Below, one piece after another: positions 40,176 through 40,314 of a DNA stretch of 40,314 nucleotides (its first letter is position 1; the number at the start of each line of letters is the position of its first letter). Origin of the DNA: Dehalococcoidia bacterium (GTDB lineage Bacteria > Chloroflexota > Dehalococcoidia > Lucifugimonadales > UBA3495); the NCBI GenBank assembly GCA_022821365.1, contig JAJEDS010000214.1:1-40314 (forward strand). The letters run 5' to 3'. The position numbers were made by a program, and so were the translations under genes. The notes under the pieces are model-generated. The model had not been told where the DNA came from and made no database searches. It saw only the letters and a program-made list of their open reading frames with translations.

Positions 40176-40314
40176 TGTTGATGTTCTACGATTAAGTCAC
40201 CAGCTAACTGGTCAGCGAAAATGTCACCCTTATGAAGGAAGTGACATTGAAACAGCGAGAACAGGCAAGAATTCAGGTACTCAACACCGTGCTGGAACAC
40301 CACCTTTCCATCGC
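40176..40314 (+). mobile_element. Left end and transposase start of an ISNCY/IS1202-like element (truncated by window edge)
   Basis: TGT-starting end with repeated ..GTCACC boxes (TAAGTCACC, AATGTCACC); ORF from ATG 40232 reads MKEVTLKQREQARIQVLNTVLEHHLSI, typical of the N-terminus preceding the HTH of these transposases. Confidence 0.6.

Noticed and set aside
1-40314. tRNA, rRNA, prophage or cas genes
   Set aside because: No such signatures were recognised by eye; a covariance-model scan would be needed to exclude small RNAs.

Overview
High-GC bacterial chromosomal window, most plausibly Chloroflexota (Dehalococcoidia/SAR202-like). That assignment is an inference from gene style and paralogous GMC oxidoreductases, not proven. 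The left part holds citrate synthase, a PNPOx-like flavoprotein, an AddA/AddB-type helicase-nuclease pair, a TPP-riboswitch-led thiG-thiE-thiS-orf operon, an orphan RNA-ligase-like gene, a VOC protein and a GMC oxidoreductase. The middle holds a circularly permuted ATP-grasp/alpha-E pair, a Pro/Thr- and Asp/Asn-rich membrane-anchored protein, an orphan HAMP histidine kinase, an NCS2 permease fused to a degenerate RsbW-like domain, and a second GMC oxidoreductase. The right part is a complete urea-assimilation run (urtABCDE-glnA-ureABCFGD, no ureE), preceded by six 11-bp-phased GlnR-like boxes and followed by decayed IS701 copies and the start of an ISNCY/IS1202-like element. The best candidates for undescribed biology are: (1) the NCS2/pseudo-RsbW fusion next to an orphan kinase; (2) a GatB-tail-like mini-protein beside an RNA-ligase-like gene; (3) GlnR-type boxes plus a structured leader on the urea operon; (4) several miniature IS-ended elements carrying different REP hairpins, one of which supplies the addA stop codon. 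All family assignments come from motif recognition by eye; no searches were run.
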